From Patiriisocius sp. (GTDB lineage: Bacteria > Bacteroidota > Bacteroidia > Flavobacteriales > Flavobacteriaceae), in NCBI RefSeq assembly GCF_051252435.1, contig NZ_JBPOFW010000001.1, forward strand, positions 888,826-952,825: DNA of 64,000 nucleotides, read 5' to 3'. The position numbers were made by a program, and so were the translations under genes. Below the pieces are notes generated by a model that had not been told where the DNA came from, ran no database searches, and worked only from the letters and a program-made list of their open reading frames with translations. Position 1 is the stretch's first letter; each line of letters starts with the position of its first letter. Of the stretch, positions 17,660-27,952 are shown piece after piece.

Positions 17660-20518
17660 ATGAAAAAATTCATTTTTACTTTTTTTACACTTTTTGTTGC
17701 GACAAGTTCAACCTTGGCGCAGGAAGCAGTTGTAAAAGGAAGGGTAGTGGATACCAATTCTAGCGATGTGATTCCAGATGTGTCTATTAGCATCGAGTCT
17801 AGTATTTACAGCACAGAAACTGATGCTGAAGGCCTTTTTTTAATTAGCAGTACAGAATTACCTCAAGGTGAACAAGTACTTCGGGTGACAAAACAAGGAT
17901 ACGTTGCAAAACGAATTCCCATCACTATCCAAAGCGGAAACACGTTAAATCTTGATCCGCTACAATTGGAACTTGACTTAACCGAAATTGAAGCTCAAAT
18001 AGGGATTATTAGTTTGAGCGATAACGAACTTGACCAAGATGAAGGAACATCTTTCAATACTTCAGGATTATTGCAAGCGAACAATGACGCATTTTTAAAT
18101 GCCGCGGCTTTTGATTTTAGCGCTACATTTTTTAGACCAAGAGGTCTTGACAATGCGGACGGTAAATTGTTGATCAATGGAATTGAAATGAACAAACAAC
18201 TTACCGGTCGCCCACAATGGAGCAATTGGGGAGGTTTAAACGATGTTCAAAGAAACAGAGAATTTTCAATGGGTCTTAGCGCAAACGATGCCAGTTTTGG
18301 TGGTGTTGCAGGAACGACAAATATTATCATGAGAGCTTCTCAATACAGAGAAGGAGGAAGAGTGTCTTTTGCATCGTCAGACAGAAGCTACCGTGGAAGA
18401 ATTATGGGAACGTATAATAGTGGATTACTTCAAAGTGGATGGGCGTATTCATTTTCCCTAGCGCGCCGTTTTGGTGATGAAGGTTATCAAGATGGAACGT
18501 TGTACGATGCTAATTCGTTCTTCGTTTCCGTAGAAAAGAAAATAAATGACGCGCATAGCTTAAACTTTACCGGTTTTTATACGCCTAATCGTAGAGGTCG
18601 TTCAACAGCAATCACTCAAGAAATGCGCGATTTAAGAGGGATTCGTTACAACCCTAATTGGGGATTTCAAGATGGTGATCAGAGAAATAGTCGTATCCGC
18701 GAAATCGAGGAACCTGTGTTGATGTTAAATCACTATTGGAATATGGGTGAAAATACAACGTTGAATACGAACGTAGCGTACCAATTTGGAAAATCTGGTC
18801 AAACTAGAATTGACAATGGAGGGACAAGACTTGTCATCATAGATGGTCAGGAATCATATATTGGAGGAGCTCGTAATCCCTTCGGAAATTACTATCAAAG
18901 ACTACCTAGTTATTTTTTAAGAGAAGATAGTCCTTCACCCTATGATTACCAACTGGCATATCAAGCACAACAAGAATTTATCAATGACGGACAATTGGAC
19001 TGGAACTCATTATACTTTGCCAACACAACGGCTACCAACGTGGCCAACGGTGGAAACTCCATTTACGCAATTCAAGAAGATAGAACAGATGACACGCAGA
19101 TAACGCTAAATTCTATTTTGAATACTGAAATTTCAGAAAATATTATTTTGAACGCTGCTGTTAATTACCGAAGCCTTAAAAGTGAAAATTTTGCTGAGCT
19201 TTCTGATTTACTTGGAGGAGCAGGATACTTGGATGTTGATTTCTTCGCAGGAGATGATGAGCAAGCACAAGAAGTTGTTGTAGGCGATATTGCGCAGAGT
19301 GATTTAAGAAACCGTAATCGTATTGCTCAGGAAGGCGATCGTTATAAGTATAATTATGAAATGAAAGCCGATGTGATTTCTGGATTTGCGCAAGGTCAAT
19401 TTAAATATCAAAAAGTTGATTTTTATGCTGCGGTTACAGGTTCGAACACAACTTATCAACGTAACGGATTGTTTGAAAACGGAAATTACCCAGGAGCAGC
19501 TTCCTTTGGTGAAAGTGAGCAATTGAGTTTTACAAATTTTGGTTTAAAGGCTGGTGCTACGTATAAAGTTTCGGGACGTCACTTAGTGGATTTAAATTTA
19601 GGTAGCTATTCAAAGGCACCAAACCTTAGAAACTCTTTTAGCAATGCCCGTATCAATAACGAAACTGTTTTTGGACTAGAAAGCGAGAAAGTGAATAGTG
19701 TTGACCTAAGTTATATTTTTAGGTCTCCTATAGTAAAAGCTAGATTGACAGGTTTCTATACTCAGATGAGCGATAAAACAGATATAGGGTTTTACTTTAC
19801 GGAGAATATTTCAGGAATAGGCATTGAGCAAGATGCTTTTGTGCAAGAAGTAATGACAGGAATTGATCAACGTCATGTAGGTGCAGAGCTTGGTATAGAA
19901 GCACAGGTAACACCCACTATTAAATTAAAAGGAGCCGCGAGTATGGGTAATTATACATTTAGCAACAACCCTAATCTTTATTTAACGAGTGATGATATTG
20001 ATGGCCGTGTAACTTTTGGAGATGGGACTGCAAAATTAAAAGATTACCATGTAGCGGGTGGTCCTGAGAGAGCATATCAAATAGGTTTTGAATACCGCGA
20101 TCCAGATTTTTGGTGGGTTGGCGTAACAGGAAACTTTTTTTCAAATGCGTATATTGATGTAAATAATTTGGCGAGAACGTCAAACTTTACGTCAGATTTT
20201 GATGGAAATACCTTCAATGATTATGACGAGACAGAAGCTAGAGAACTATTACAACAAGAACAGTTTGACAGTTATTCATTGGTCAATGTTGTAGGTGGTA
20301 AATCTTGGAAAATAGGAGATTATTACACGGGTTTTTTTGCCACCATTAACAACGTATTTGATCAGGAATACAAAACAGGTGGTTTTGAACAAGGGAGAAA
20401 AACAAATTATAGAGACGTACAAGAAGACACAAATTCGCCAGGAGGTAGAATTTTTGGCAATCGTTATTTCTTCGGAAACGGTACCACGTATTACCTTAAT
20501 TTATACGTAAGATTTTAA
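17660..20518 (+). CDS. TonB-dependent outer-membrane receptor (CarboxypepD_reg + plug + large barrel)
   Basis: 952 aa. Signal peptide, then VVKGRVVDTNSSDVIPDVSISIE, RGLDNADGKLLINGIEMN, and a terminal ...YLNLYVRF. Confidence 0.85.
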   Translation: MKKFIFTFFTLFVATSSTLAQEAVVKGRVVDTNSSDVIPDVSISIESSIYSTETDAEGLFLISSTELPQGEQVLRVTKQGYVAKRIPITIQSGNTLNLDPLQLELDLTEIEAQIGIISLSDNELDQDEGTSFNTSGLLQANNDAFLNAAAFDFSATFFRPRGLDNADGKLLINGIEMNKQLTGRPQWSNWGGLNDVQRNREFSMGLSANDASFGGVAGTTNIIMRASQYREGGRVSFASSDRSYRGRIMGTYNSGLLQSGWAYSFSLARRFGDEGYQDGTLYDANSFFVSVEKKINDAHSLNFTGFYTPNRRGRSTAITQEMRDLRGIRYNPNWGFQDGDQRNSRIREIEEPVLMLNHYWNMGENTTLNTNVAYQFGKSGQTRIDNGGTRLVIIDGQESYIGGARNPFGNYYQRLPSYFLREDSPSPYDYQLAYQAQQEFINDGQLDWNSLYFANTTATNVANGGNSIYAIQEDRTDDTQITLNSILNTEISENIILNAAVNYRSLKSENFAELSDLLGGAGYLDVDFFAGDDEQAQEVVVGDIAQSDLRNRNRIAQEGDRYKYNYEMKADVISGFAQGQFKYQKVDFYAAVTGSNTTYQRNGLFENGNYPGAASFGESEQLSFTNFGLKAGATYKVSGRHLVDLNLGSYSKAPNLRNSFSNARINNETVFGLESEKVNSVDLSYIFRSPIVKARLTGFYTQMSDKTDIGFYFTENISGIGIEQDAFVQEVMTGIDQRHVGAELGIEAQVTPTIKLKGAASMGNYTFSNNPNLYLTSDDIDGRVTFGDGTAKLKDYHVAGGPERAYQIGFEYRDPDFWWVGVTGNFFSNAYIDVNNLARTSNFTSDFDGNTFNDYDETEARELLQQEQFDSYSLVNVVGGKSWKIGDYYTGFFATINNVFDQEYKTGGFEQGRKTNYRDVQEDTNSPGGRIFGNRYFFGNGTTYYLNLYVRF

Positions 20519-20552
20519 ACAATAAAAATTAGAACACTTTAATATATTTCAG

Positions 20553-21959
20553 ATGAAAACATTAAATTTTTACAAACTAATCGTATTGCTTTCAGTAGCA
20601 GTATTTGTATCATCTTGTGTACAGGATGATGATTTTGACACGCCAGACACAACTGTTGTTGCGCCAAATATTCAAGGGAATATTATTTCAATAAATGCGA
20701 TGTATGACGCATTTTTGCAAAATGGGGGAGCTATAACCTTTGAGGGTACTGATAATTATATATCCGGATATGTTGTCTCTAGTGATGAAGGAGGAAACTT
20801 CTTTGAAGAATTAATCATCCAAGATGCACCCTCTAATCCTACACGTGGAGTGCGTGTGTTAGTAGATGTAAATCCATTGTTTACTTCTTTTGAGTTTGGC
20901 CGTAAAGTTTTTATAAAACTTGATGGATTGACTGCGGGTTTTGTTAATTCTGGCGACTTAGCGGGTAATTTTACTTTGGGAATATTAAACGGAGGTACGA
21001 CTGCAGAAAAAATTGCCGAGTCTAGGTTAGAAGAATTCGTCATTAGAGATGTTGAGGTAGCAGATATTGTAGCAAAGCCAATAACTCCTGCAGAATTTAG
21101 CATAGCAAATACAAATACGTATGTTCAATTAAACGATGTGCAATTTAACCGTAACATAGTATTGGGTGCCAATCGTCAAACATTTGCGGGTGAGCCAGGA
21201 GACATGTTTGATGGAGAACGTATTTTAGAAAGCTGTGAAACTGGAGGCACTGCTACTTTAAGCACGAGCACCTTTGCTGATTTTAAAAGTGTTTTATTGC
21301 CTGACGGAAGAGGTTCTTTAAATGCCGTTTTATCAACAGACTTTGAAGGAGATAACTTTATAGTTTCAGTAAACAGTCCAGAAGATATTAACTTTGATAG
21401 TACAGACCGTTGTGATCCAGACTCTTTCAATTGTACAGGCCCAAGTGGCGGAGGTACAGCATTTTTCTCTGAGGATTTTGAAGCCTTTGAAGCAATTGAA
21501 GATTATGTAGCTGCAGGATGGACTAATGTTAATGTTGGCGATGGGTCTGAGGTATGGGTCATTGGAAACTTTAGTAATAATAATTATGCACAGGTTAGTG
21601 GGTTTAACTCTGGGGAAGATGATATTCAAGCGTGGTTGGTTACACCTCCAATTAATATGGACAACACTATTGAAGAGGAGTTAAATTTCAATATTGAAGC
21701 TGCTTACGATAATGGATTGATTTTAACTGTTCTAGCATCTACAAACTTTACAGGAGATGTAACAACGGCAGATTGGGTTCAGTTAGACGCAAATGTGCCC
21801 GTTGGACCTTCTGGAGGTTTTGGAGGCTTTCAAGTTGCGGGCCCTATTAATGTATCGTGTATTGATGGAACTGTAAATTTTGCATTTTTCTATCAAGGTA
21901 ATGATCCAGATGCAACAACACGTTACCATGTTGACAACATTGTCCTAACTGGAAATTAA
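20553..21959 (+). CDS. Surface lipoprotein with an OB-like N-terminal domain (DUF5689-like) and a choice-of-anchor-J-like C-terminal domain
   Basis: 468 aa with a lipoprotein signal (LLSVAVFVSSC). YISGYVVSSDEGGNFFEELIIQD...GVRVLVD...GRKVFIKLDGL resembles the N-terminal domain of ExeM/NucH-type nucleases and DUF5689. The C-terminal part reads FSEDFEAFE...GWTNVNVGDGSEVW. Family names are from memory. Confidence 0.5.
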   Translation: MKTLNFYKLIVLLSVAVFVSSCVQDDDFDTPDTTVVAPNIQGNIISINAMYDAFLQNGGAITFEGTDNYISGYVVSSDEGGNFFEELIIQDAPSNPTRGVRVLVDVNPLFTSFEFGRKVFIKLDGLTAGFVNSGDLAGNFTLGILNGGTTAEKIAESRLEEFVIRDVEVADIVAKPITPAEFSIANTNTYVQLNDVQFNRNIVLGANRQTFAGEPGDMFDGERILESCETGGTATLSTSTFADFKSVLLPDGRGSLNAVLSTDFEGDNFIVSVNSPEDINFDSTDRCDPDSFNCTGPSGGGTAFFSEDFEAFEAIEDYVAAGWTNVNVGDGSEVWVIGNFSNNNYAQVSGFNSGEDDIQAWLVTPPINMDNTIEEELNFNIEAAYDNGLILTVLASTNFTGDVTTADWVQLDANVPVGPSGGFGGFQVAGPINVSCIDGTVNFAFFYQGNDPDATTRYHVDNIVLTGN

Positions 21960-21997
21960 ATTTCTTTTTGGAATAAAACTGAAATTTTAAATACATT

Positions 21998-22030
21998 AAA
22001 AAAGGCTCCCATTGTTGGGAGCCTTTTTTT
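21998..22030. terminator. Bidirectional terminator
   Basis: A6-ggctccc-attgtt-gggagcc-T7, between convergent genes. Confidence 0.85.
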
Positions 22031-22096
22031 AGTTAAACTAATTATATCTTTTGAGTAGGATGATTTTGCTGAGGAAATATGAGTTAGCTAACTTAA

Positions 22097-22843
22097 TTAT
22101 TCAATTTCCTTCAATAATCGAAGCACTTGCAAATCGCCAAAACCATAAATCGCCTCACGTTCACTAAAAGCGCTATATAGCGTACCGAAATTTCCGGTAT
22201 TCAATTCTCTTTTTAATTCAATCAGGGCTTCTTTTGGGCGTCCTAAAGATGATTTGGTAGGAAAGCTTTCAATGAGCGCTTCCGTAGCTTTAAAAATGAA
22301 TGGATATTTTGTTTTTAGTTTTAAGGATTCTTTGTGCAATGATTTTAATTCAGAGTTACGATACAACATCCAAAGCTGGGCAATATTTGCGATATGATGT
22401 GTAATATTTAAGGGGTTATTGTAAATTTCTAAAAGTTGTTCATTTGAATGGTGCGAGAAAGAATAGGGAGAATGTTCCTGGGGACGAATTAAAAATATAT
22501 TATTAGGATTTGTTTCAGACTCATGTAATAAAGAGACAGCAAACCAAAAATTAACTTGACAAAATACATCATCTTCAAACCATAAAAATACGTTTGATTT
22601 TTCTGGCAGTTTCTGTATCATTTCAAATTGCGAGACTGTTTTTGAATTATAGGAAGCTTCGGTAACTTCTCCATAATTTTCGTTTAAAAATTTCGCTCTG
22701 TTCTTGTATAATTCTTCAAGTGTTTCGCCTTTAATATTTCCGTCGACAAAACATTCTCTAAAAACTATTTTTTCTCCATTGATGGATTTAGGGAAACGTT
22801 CGAGCAGTGAATCTCCGTTTAAAATATGAAATGTTTTCTGCAT
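22097..22843 (-). CDS. Cytoplasmic protein, DUF1835-like, function unknown
   Basis: 248 aa with no signal peptide. The N-terminus TFHILNGDSLLERFP resembles DUF1835 starts as I recall them. This is a weak call. Confidence 0.35.
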   Translation of the reverse strand: MQKTFHILNGDSLLERFPKSINGEKIVFRECFVDGNIKGETLEELYKNRAKFLNENYGEVTEASYNSKTVSQFEMIQKLPEKSNVFLWFEDDVFCQVNFWFAVSLLHESETNPNNIFLIRPQEHSPYSFSHHSNEQLLEIYNNPLNITHHIANIAQLWMLYRNSELKSLHKESLKLKTKYPFIFKATEALIESFPTKSSLGRPKEALIELKRELNTGNFGTLYSAFSEREAIYGFGDLQVLRLLKEIE

Positions 22844-22854
22844 ACTGTATTAAA

Positions 22855-22894
22855 ATAAAAAACCCTCATTTCCCGATAAATCGTTCTATGAGGG
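22855..22894 (-). terminator. Terminator of the T9SS adhesin operon
   Basis: On the minus strand: ccctcat-18nt-atgaggg followed by T-rich ttttttatttt, 37 nt after the OmpA-family stop. Confidence 0.6.
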
Positions 22895-22930
22895 CCTAGC
22901 TTCTTGGTTGGTTAAGCTAATTTTTACATC

Positions 22931-24826
22931 TTATCTTTTTGTTATTGTAAACTCAGATCTTCTGTTTAATTGGTGTTCTTCTTCGGTGCAATTGTCACCA
23001 CATGCAACACGTGGTTTAGTTTCACCGTATCCTTTAGCTGTCAATCGCTTTCCATCGATTCCTTTCGATATAATGTATTGGCGCGTAGATTGCGCTCTTC
23101 TTTCTGAAAGTGCAAGGTTATACTCATCTTTTCCTCTAAAGTCAGTATGACTGGCAATATCGATTTCCATATTTGGATATTTCGTCATTATTGAAACTAC
23201 TTTGTCTAATTCAAAAGCTGCTTGAGGCTTTATATTTGATTTATCTAAATCAAATAAAATAGGATTCAAAACAATTTTATCTTCCACAATAATTTCTTCG
23301 ATAGGACGCAATGATATAGTTGCGGATACCGTTTCATCATTAGCTGAAGCTACTTTTGTTGCATTACTTTCAAAATCACTTATTACTGCTTGTAATTCGT
23401 GCTCTTGGTCACATGCAGTTTCAAAAGTTGCTTTTCCATCTGCTCCAGTAGTTTTAGTGCTTAATTTGTTTTCCATCGTATCATACAAGTCAACTCTTGC
23501 TCCTACAATTGGCGCTTTGGTGTACTCGTTAACAACCATAACGTTGATTTTAACTACACATGGAATCTCAACAGCTTTTACCATATAGATATCATCACTT
23601 CCTTTTCCACCTTTACGGTTTGAAGATACATATCCTGTTTCGGTTGCAGGGTCATATTTATATGCGAAATCATCGTCTGATGTATTTACTCCAGAACCTA
23701 AATTACTAACAGTACCGAAAGAACTTCCTTGCGTTTCAGCCATAAAAACATCTAGACCACCAATACCCAAATGTCCATCGCTTGAAAAATATAATGTTCC
23801 GTTGCTATCTACATAAGGAAACAATTCTTTTCCTTCTGTATTAATATTATCTCCCAATCGTTGAGGAGTTCCTAAAGTTCCATCTGCATTGATACTCGTT
23901 TTGTAGATATCAGACATTCCTTTTCCTCCTGGCATATCACTTACAAAATAAAGAGTTTTTCCATCAGGGCTCAACGCTGGGTGTCCCACTGAATATTCAT
24001 CACTATTAAATGGCACAGAAACTATTCCAGACCAACCCTTACCAGCAATTTGCTCAGCATAGTATAAGTTAATTTGGTTTACACCCTCTTCACTTTTGTC
24101 ATAGTCTCCTTCAAAATAATCGTTACGGTCAAAATACATTCTTTTCCCATCTGCTGAAATTACTGCATTTGATTCGTGATATTTTGTATTTACATCCCCG
24201 TCTACAAGAACTGGGTTTTTCATAGTACCACCTACATCAGTTGCTTTGTATAAGTCAAGATACGGCTCTTCATTCCACTGGTATTTTTTTCGGCTTGTAT
24301 TGCGTCCAGATGCAAAGTAGAAATCCTTCCCATAGACAATTCCACCAAAATCAGCATACTTACTGTTTATTTCTTCCATGTTCGTTGCAGTATAACGCGC
24401 CATATTCTCAATAATTTGAGGAACATAGTTTGGGTTCTTCATAAAATCTTTAGCACGAGTGTCATTTGGCTTCATAGAAGCAAACTGCTTCATATACGTG
24501 TTATAATCTGAAAATTTCCCGTTTGCTTTAAGTGTTTGAGCATAATTGTAAACAGCCTCAGGATTTGCGTCTTTCGACTTTACTACACGTTTGTAATATG
24601 TCTCCGCCTTTTTTGTGTCATTGATAAAATAATAGCTGTTCGCTAACCTTTCAAAAACATAAAGGTCTCCGTCTCCTCTTTTTAAGAGCTTTTGGTATGC
24701 TTCGGCAGCGTCTGTATAGGCAAGGTTTGCATATAATTTATCTGCTTTTTTTGTTTTACTATTTTGAGCAGTAACGAATGAGGTACTTACTGCAAGAAGT
24801 AGAAATATGGTATATATTTTTTTCAT
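22931..24826 (-). CDS. OmpA-family protein with TPR, TolB-like beta-propeller and a C-terminal OmpA/peptidoglycan-binding domain
   Basis: 631 aa with a signal peptide. TPR-like N-terminus (YANLAYTDAAEAYQKLL) and repeated PALSPDGKTLYFVSD-type propeller blades. C-terminal NILFDLDKSNIKPQAAFELDK...LSERRAQSTRQYI is the OmpA motif. Confidence 0.85.
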   Translation of the reverse strand: MKKIYTIFLLLAVSTSFVTAQNSKTKKADKLYANLAYTDAAEAYQKLLKRGDGDLYVFERLANSYYFINDTKKAETYYKRVVKSKDANPEAVYNYAQTLKANGKFSDYNTYMKQFASMKPNDTRAKDFMKNPNYVPQIIENMARYTATNMEEINSKYADFGGIVYGKDFYFASGRNTSRKKYQWNEEPYLDLYKATDVGGTMKNPVLVDGDVNTKYHESNAVISADGKRMYFDRNDYFEGDYDKSEEGVNQINLYYAEQIAGKGWSGIVSVPFNSDEYSVGHPALSPDGKTLYFVSDMPGGKGMSDIYKTSINADGTLGTPQRLGDNINTEGKELFPYVDSNGTLYFSSDGHLGIGGLDVFMAETQGSSFGTVSNLGSGVNTSDDDFAYKYDPATETGYVSSNRKGGKGSDDIYMVKAVEIPCVVKINVMVVNEYTKAPIVGARVDLYDTMENKLSTKTTGADGKATFETACDQEHELQAVISDFESNATKVASANDETVSATISLRPIEEIIVEDKIVLNPILFDLDKSNIKPQAAFELDKVVSIMTKYPNMEIDIASHTDFRGKDEYNLALSERRAQSTRQYIISKGIDGKRLTAKGYGETKPRVACGDNCTEEEHQLNRRSEFTITKR

Positions 24827-24849
24827 TTTGAATGAAATTAAAGTTGTTA

Positions 24850-25776
24850 TTAGAAGTATCTAGGTGAACGTAGTGTACGCTTCTTAGTGAATAAATCAAA
24901 AGTTAAGACAATTTCGTGTGAGGAGTCTGAAACTACATTGATGTCAGAAACTACGCGGTCATAAGCATATCCTATTCTTAATTCAGGTAATACTTGGAAT
25001 CCAACAAGACCACTGAAAGAATCATCCAATCTATATGAAACTCCCAATTCAAATTTGTCATAGAACAATGCATTTATGTTTCCGTCGAAAGACACAGGTG
25101 CATCAAAGGCACTTTTCACTAAAACAGAAGGTTTTAGTTTAAAGTTATCATTTAATTGGAATACATAACCAGCAGTACCAAAATAATGGTTTGTTTCATT
25201 TCCGTAGCGAATTCCATTTTCGTCAAGGTGAACGGTATTCAATAAGTTAGGTACCGAGAAACCTATATAGAAGTTTTCTGCATACAAAAATGCTCCAGCT
25301 CCAATATTAGGATATGTATTGTTTATGTCCTGAGAGAAAAACGGGTCATTAGGGTCTTGAGAATTGATACCTACATCCACTAGTCCCACATCATGAAATG
25401 TCGCTCCGGCTTTTAAACCTAAGGCCAGTTTAGTTTCTGAACCTACTTGTAATGTATATGAGAAATCTGCATAAACGTTAGTCTCACTAATTGGACCAAG
25501 CTCATCTTTAATCGCAGAAAGTCCTAAGCCTACTTTGTCACTCAAAGGGCCATGAGCAGAAAATGTAAAAGTTTCTGGGGCTCCATCGAATCCTGACCAT
25601 TGTTTACGATATAAAGCTGTAAATGATATGCTTTCTTTAGAACCTGCATACGCTGGGTTTACAACGTTCATGTTGTACATGTATTGGGTATACTGTGGGT
25701 CTTGCTGCGCAGTTGCTTCTTCGGTACACAGTACAATACATAGGAGTACTAATAATAGCGATAGTTGTTTTTTCAT
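24850..25776 (-). CDS. PorP/SprF family type IX secretion system membrane protein
   Basis: 308 aa. AQQDPQYTQYMYNMNVVNPAYAG is the family signature. The rest is a beta-barrel-like sequence. Confidence 0.9.
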   Translation of the reverse strand: MKKQLSLLLVLLCIVLCTEEATAQQDPQYTQYMYNMNVVNPAYAGSKESISFTALYRKQWSGFDGAPETFTFSAHGPLSDKVGLGLSAIKDELGPISETNVYADFSYTLQVGSETKLALGLKAGATFHDVGLVDVGINSQDPNDPFFSQDINNTYPNIGAGAFLYAENFYIGFSVPNLLNTVHLDENGIRYGNETNHYFGTAGYVFQLNDNFKLKPSVLVKSAFDAPVSFDGNINALFYDKFELGVSYRLDDSFSGLVGFQVLPELRIGYAYDRVVSDINVVSDSSHEIVLTFDLFTKKRTLRSPRYF

Positions 25777-25810
25777 TAGATTGGTATTTATTTTTTTATT
25801 GTTTACTTTC

Positions 25811-27934
25811 TTATTTGTTCAAATACACCCATCCTGTGATAGATTCTTCTGCTTGTAATTCTATTACGTAAAAGTAGTTTCCTACTGGAAGTATATTTTC
25901 ATCATCACTTTGACCTCTCCATTCGTTAGTATATTGAGGTTTTTGGTATACTAATCGTCCTAGACGGTTAAAGACTGAAAAATTTGTAATTGTACTTTTA
26001 TCATTTAAAAACTCAAGGTCAAGGTTGTCATTCATTCCGTCACCGTTAGGGGAAATTCCTTGACTGATTATACAATTTTGATTTTCGTAAAATGTAACCG
26101 AAACGCTGCTCGAAGAAATACAGCCATTATCATTAAGTTCTACAGCATAAATTCCTTCTTCAATAACCTCTATAGTACTGTTATTTTCTCCTGCTAAAAG
26201 CCCTCCATCTTTAAACCATTGATATTCATAAACCGTTGAGTCACCATCTGGAACATTTGCAGTTAAGATTGAAATTTCAGAAGCACATTTACTTACGGTA
26301 GGCCCTAAATCAACTTGAGCAAAGCTTCTAAAGATAATCTCTACAGAGTCACTAATTGTACAATTGTCAATAGTAACATCAAGTGTATAAATTCCATCTT
26401 GGGTAACGGTAATAGTCGGTGTAGTTTCTCCAGTACTCCATAAATATGTAGCAGAAGGAATATTTGCTGACCCAGTGATTTCCGGTACTATTGTAAAAGA
26501 TTCTTCACCACACAATGCAATGACATCTCCTATATTGACATTAAAGACAACAATTTCTATAGAAATTTCATCAGTCGTAACACAGTTATTACCTGTTACT
26601 TCTGCGGTGTAAACCCCGTTTTCACTCACAGTGAGTGTTGCATTTGTTTCACCAACAAGTTCTACCGAATCTTTAAACCATTTGTATGAAACATTGTCAA
26701 GTTCACTAGGATTTGTTACGGTTGCATCAAGAACTAAAAAATTATTTTCGCAAACTAGTTGGTCCGGACCTAGTTCAAATTCTGGATTAGAAAAGAATTC
26801 AACTAGTTTTTCATCAGAAATTAGACAATCTGGTGACTGTGGAAATGTTAAATCAACTCTATACAATCCAGTTTCTGAAACATCTAATGTTGAATTTGTC
26901 TCTCCGGGAATTAATACATTGTCTTTAAACCATTGGTAATCACCGTTTGGATTGTTTCCAGCATCAAGTGTTATAACATCTCCTTCACAAACTGCTTCTG
27001 GATCCCCAAGTGTTATGTCATCTCCCAAATCTACATTTCCAATATTAAAACTCCCTGCATTCAAAAATACAGCAGAATCAAAACCACCGTCTCCTCTGTC
27101 TGCAATGACCATTTTTATGGTATAAATTTCATTAGGAACAATAGAAACCGTAGCTGTCGTTAATGTTGAGGTAAGGCCGTCAAATTGAATTTCATTAGTA
27201 TTGTTTGCATCTTCATTGCTTACATAAAATTCAGGAAAGAAGTTGACTCCTGGGTTTTCAAAACCACACGTAAAATAGTCTGCATGAATAGATGCTGTTG
27301 TTACAGGCACATTGTTTGAACCCGTAACAGAAGCAATATTGGTGCCTCCAAATGGAGCACCCGAATCATTTGGTATACCTGGGCCGCTAACTAAAAAAGC
27401 GAATCCGTCTCTAAAGTCTTGAGTACATTCCCATTGGTCTTCATACTCTTCAGATGCAAAAATAAATTCAAATTCTACTTCAGAAAGGCTTGATGAGAAT
27501 GTAAATTCAAAAACAGTTGCATTGAAAGTATCCTCGTTGTCACCATACTCATTATTCAAAATAGTGGTTAGATCAGAGTCTCCTAACCAACTAAATTGAT
27601 CTCCATCTGAGGTTCCACCATTATCATTTGGGCCTTGTGCGCTTGTAGCGAATCCAGTAGACAATATGATACCTTCTTGAAAAGGAAATGAAGTATTGTT
27701 GTTCTTAAAATAACCCCAGCTTTTCTCCGCATTATTTGTCGCCCCGTTTGGATTGTCAAACAAATCTGTTAGTGTAATATCCACACAAGAGTTTCCGCTT
27801 ACAAGAACCTCTGAAATAAGTTCCTCCGCAGTAAAAGCTGATTGAGGGTCTGCTGGGTCATTGACAATAATTGTTTGTGACCACATAACAGATGTACTCA
27901 AAAGCAACAGTATAAATGTTGAAAAAGATTTCAT
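25811..27934 (-). CDS. T9SS type-B sorting-domain cell-surface protein with an N-terminal choice-of-anchor-L domain and Ig-like repeats
   Basis: 707 aa. FEFIFASEEYEDQWECTQDFRDGFAFLVSGPG and VIADRGDGGFDSAVFLNAGSF are choice-of-anchor-L-like. There are five Y-WFKD/W-type Ig-like repeats. The C-terminal GISPNGDGMNDNLDLEFL...WVYLNK is a gliding-motility type-B CTD. Confidence 0.85.
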   Translation of the reverse strand: MKSFSTFILLLLSTSVMWSQTIIVNDPADPQSAFTAEELISEVLVSGNSCVDITLTDLFDNPNGATNNAEKSWGYFKNNNTSFPFQEGIILSTGFATSAQGPNDNGGTSDGDQFSWLGDSDLTTILNNEYGDNEDTFNATVFEFTFSSSLSEVEFEFIFASEEYEDQWECTQDFRDGFAFLVSGPGIPNDSGAPFGGTNIASVTGSNNVPVTTASIHADYFTCGFENPGVNFFPEFYVSNEDANNTNEIQFDGLTSTLTTATVSIVPNEIYTIKMVIADRGDGGFDSAVFLNAGSFNIGNVDLGDDITLGDPEAVCEGDVITLDAGNNPNGDYQWFKDNVLIPGETNSTLDVSETGLYRVDLTFPQSPDCLISDEKLVEFFSNPEFELGPDQLVCENNFLVLDATVTNPSELDNVSYKWFKDSVELVGETNATLTVSENGVYTAEVTGNNCVTTDEISIEIVVFNVNIGDVIALCGEESFTIVPEITGSANIPSATYLWSTGETTPTITVTQDGIYTLDVTIDNCTISDSVEIIFRSFAQVDLGPTVSKCASEISILTANVPDGDSTVYEYQWFKDGGLLAGENNSTIEVIEEGIYAVELNDNGCISSSSVSVTFYENQNCIISQGISPNGDGMNDNLDLEFLNDKSTITNFSVFNRLGRLVYQKPQYTNEWRGQSDDENILPVGNYFYVIELQAEESITGWVYLNK

Positions 27935-27952
27935 TTTACTTGAGTTATATTT

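Noticed and set aside
22908-23150. An 80-aa + strand ORF overlapping the 3' end of the OmpA-family gene
   Set aside because: It is antisense to the strongly conserved OmpA C-terminal domain and starts inside the operon terminator region.
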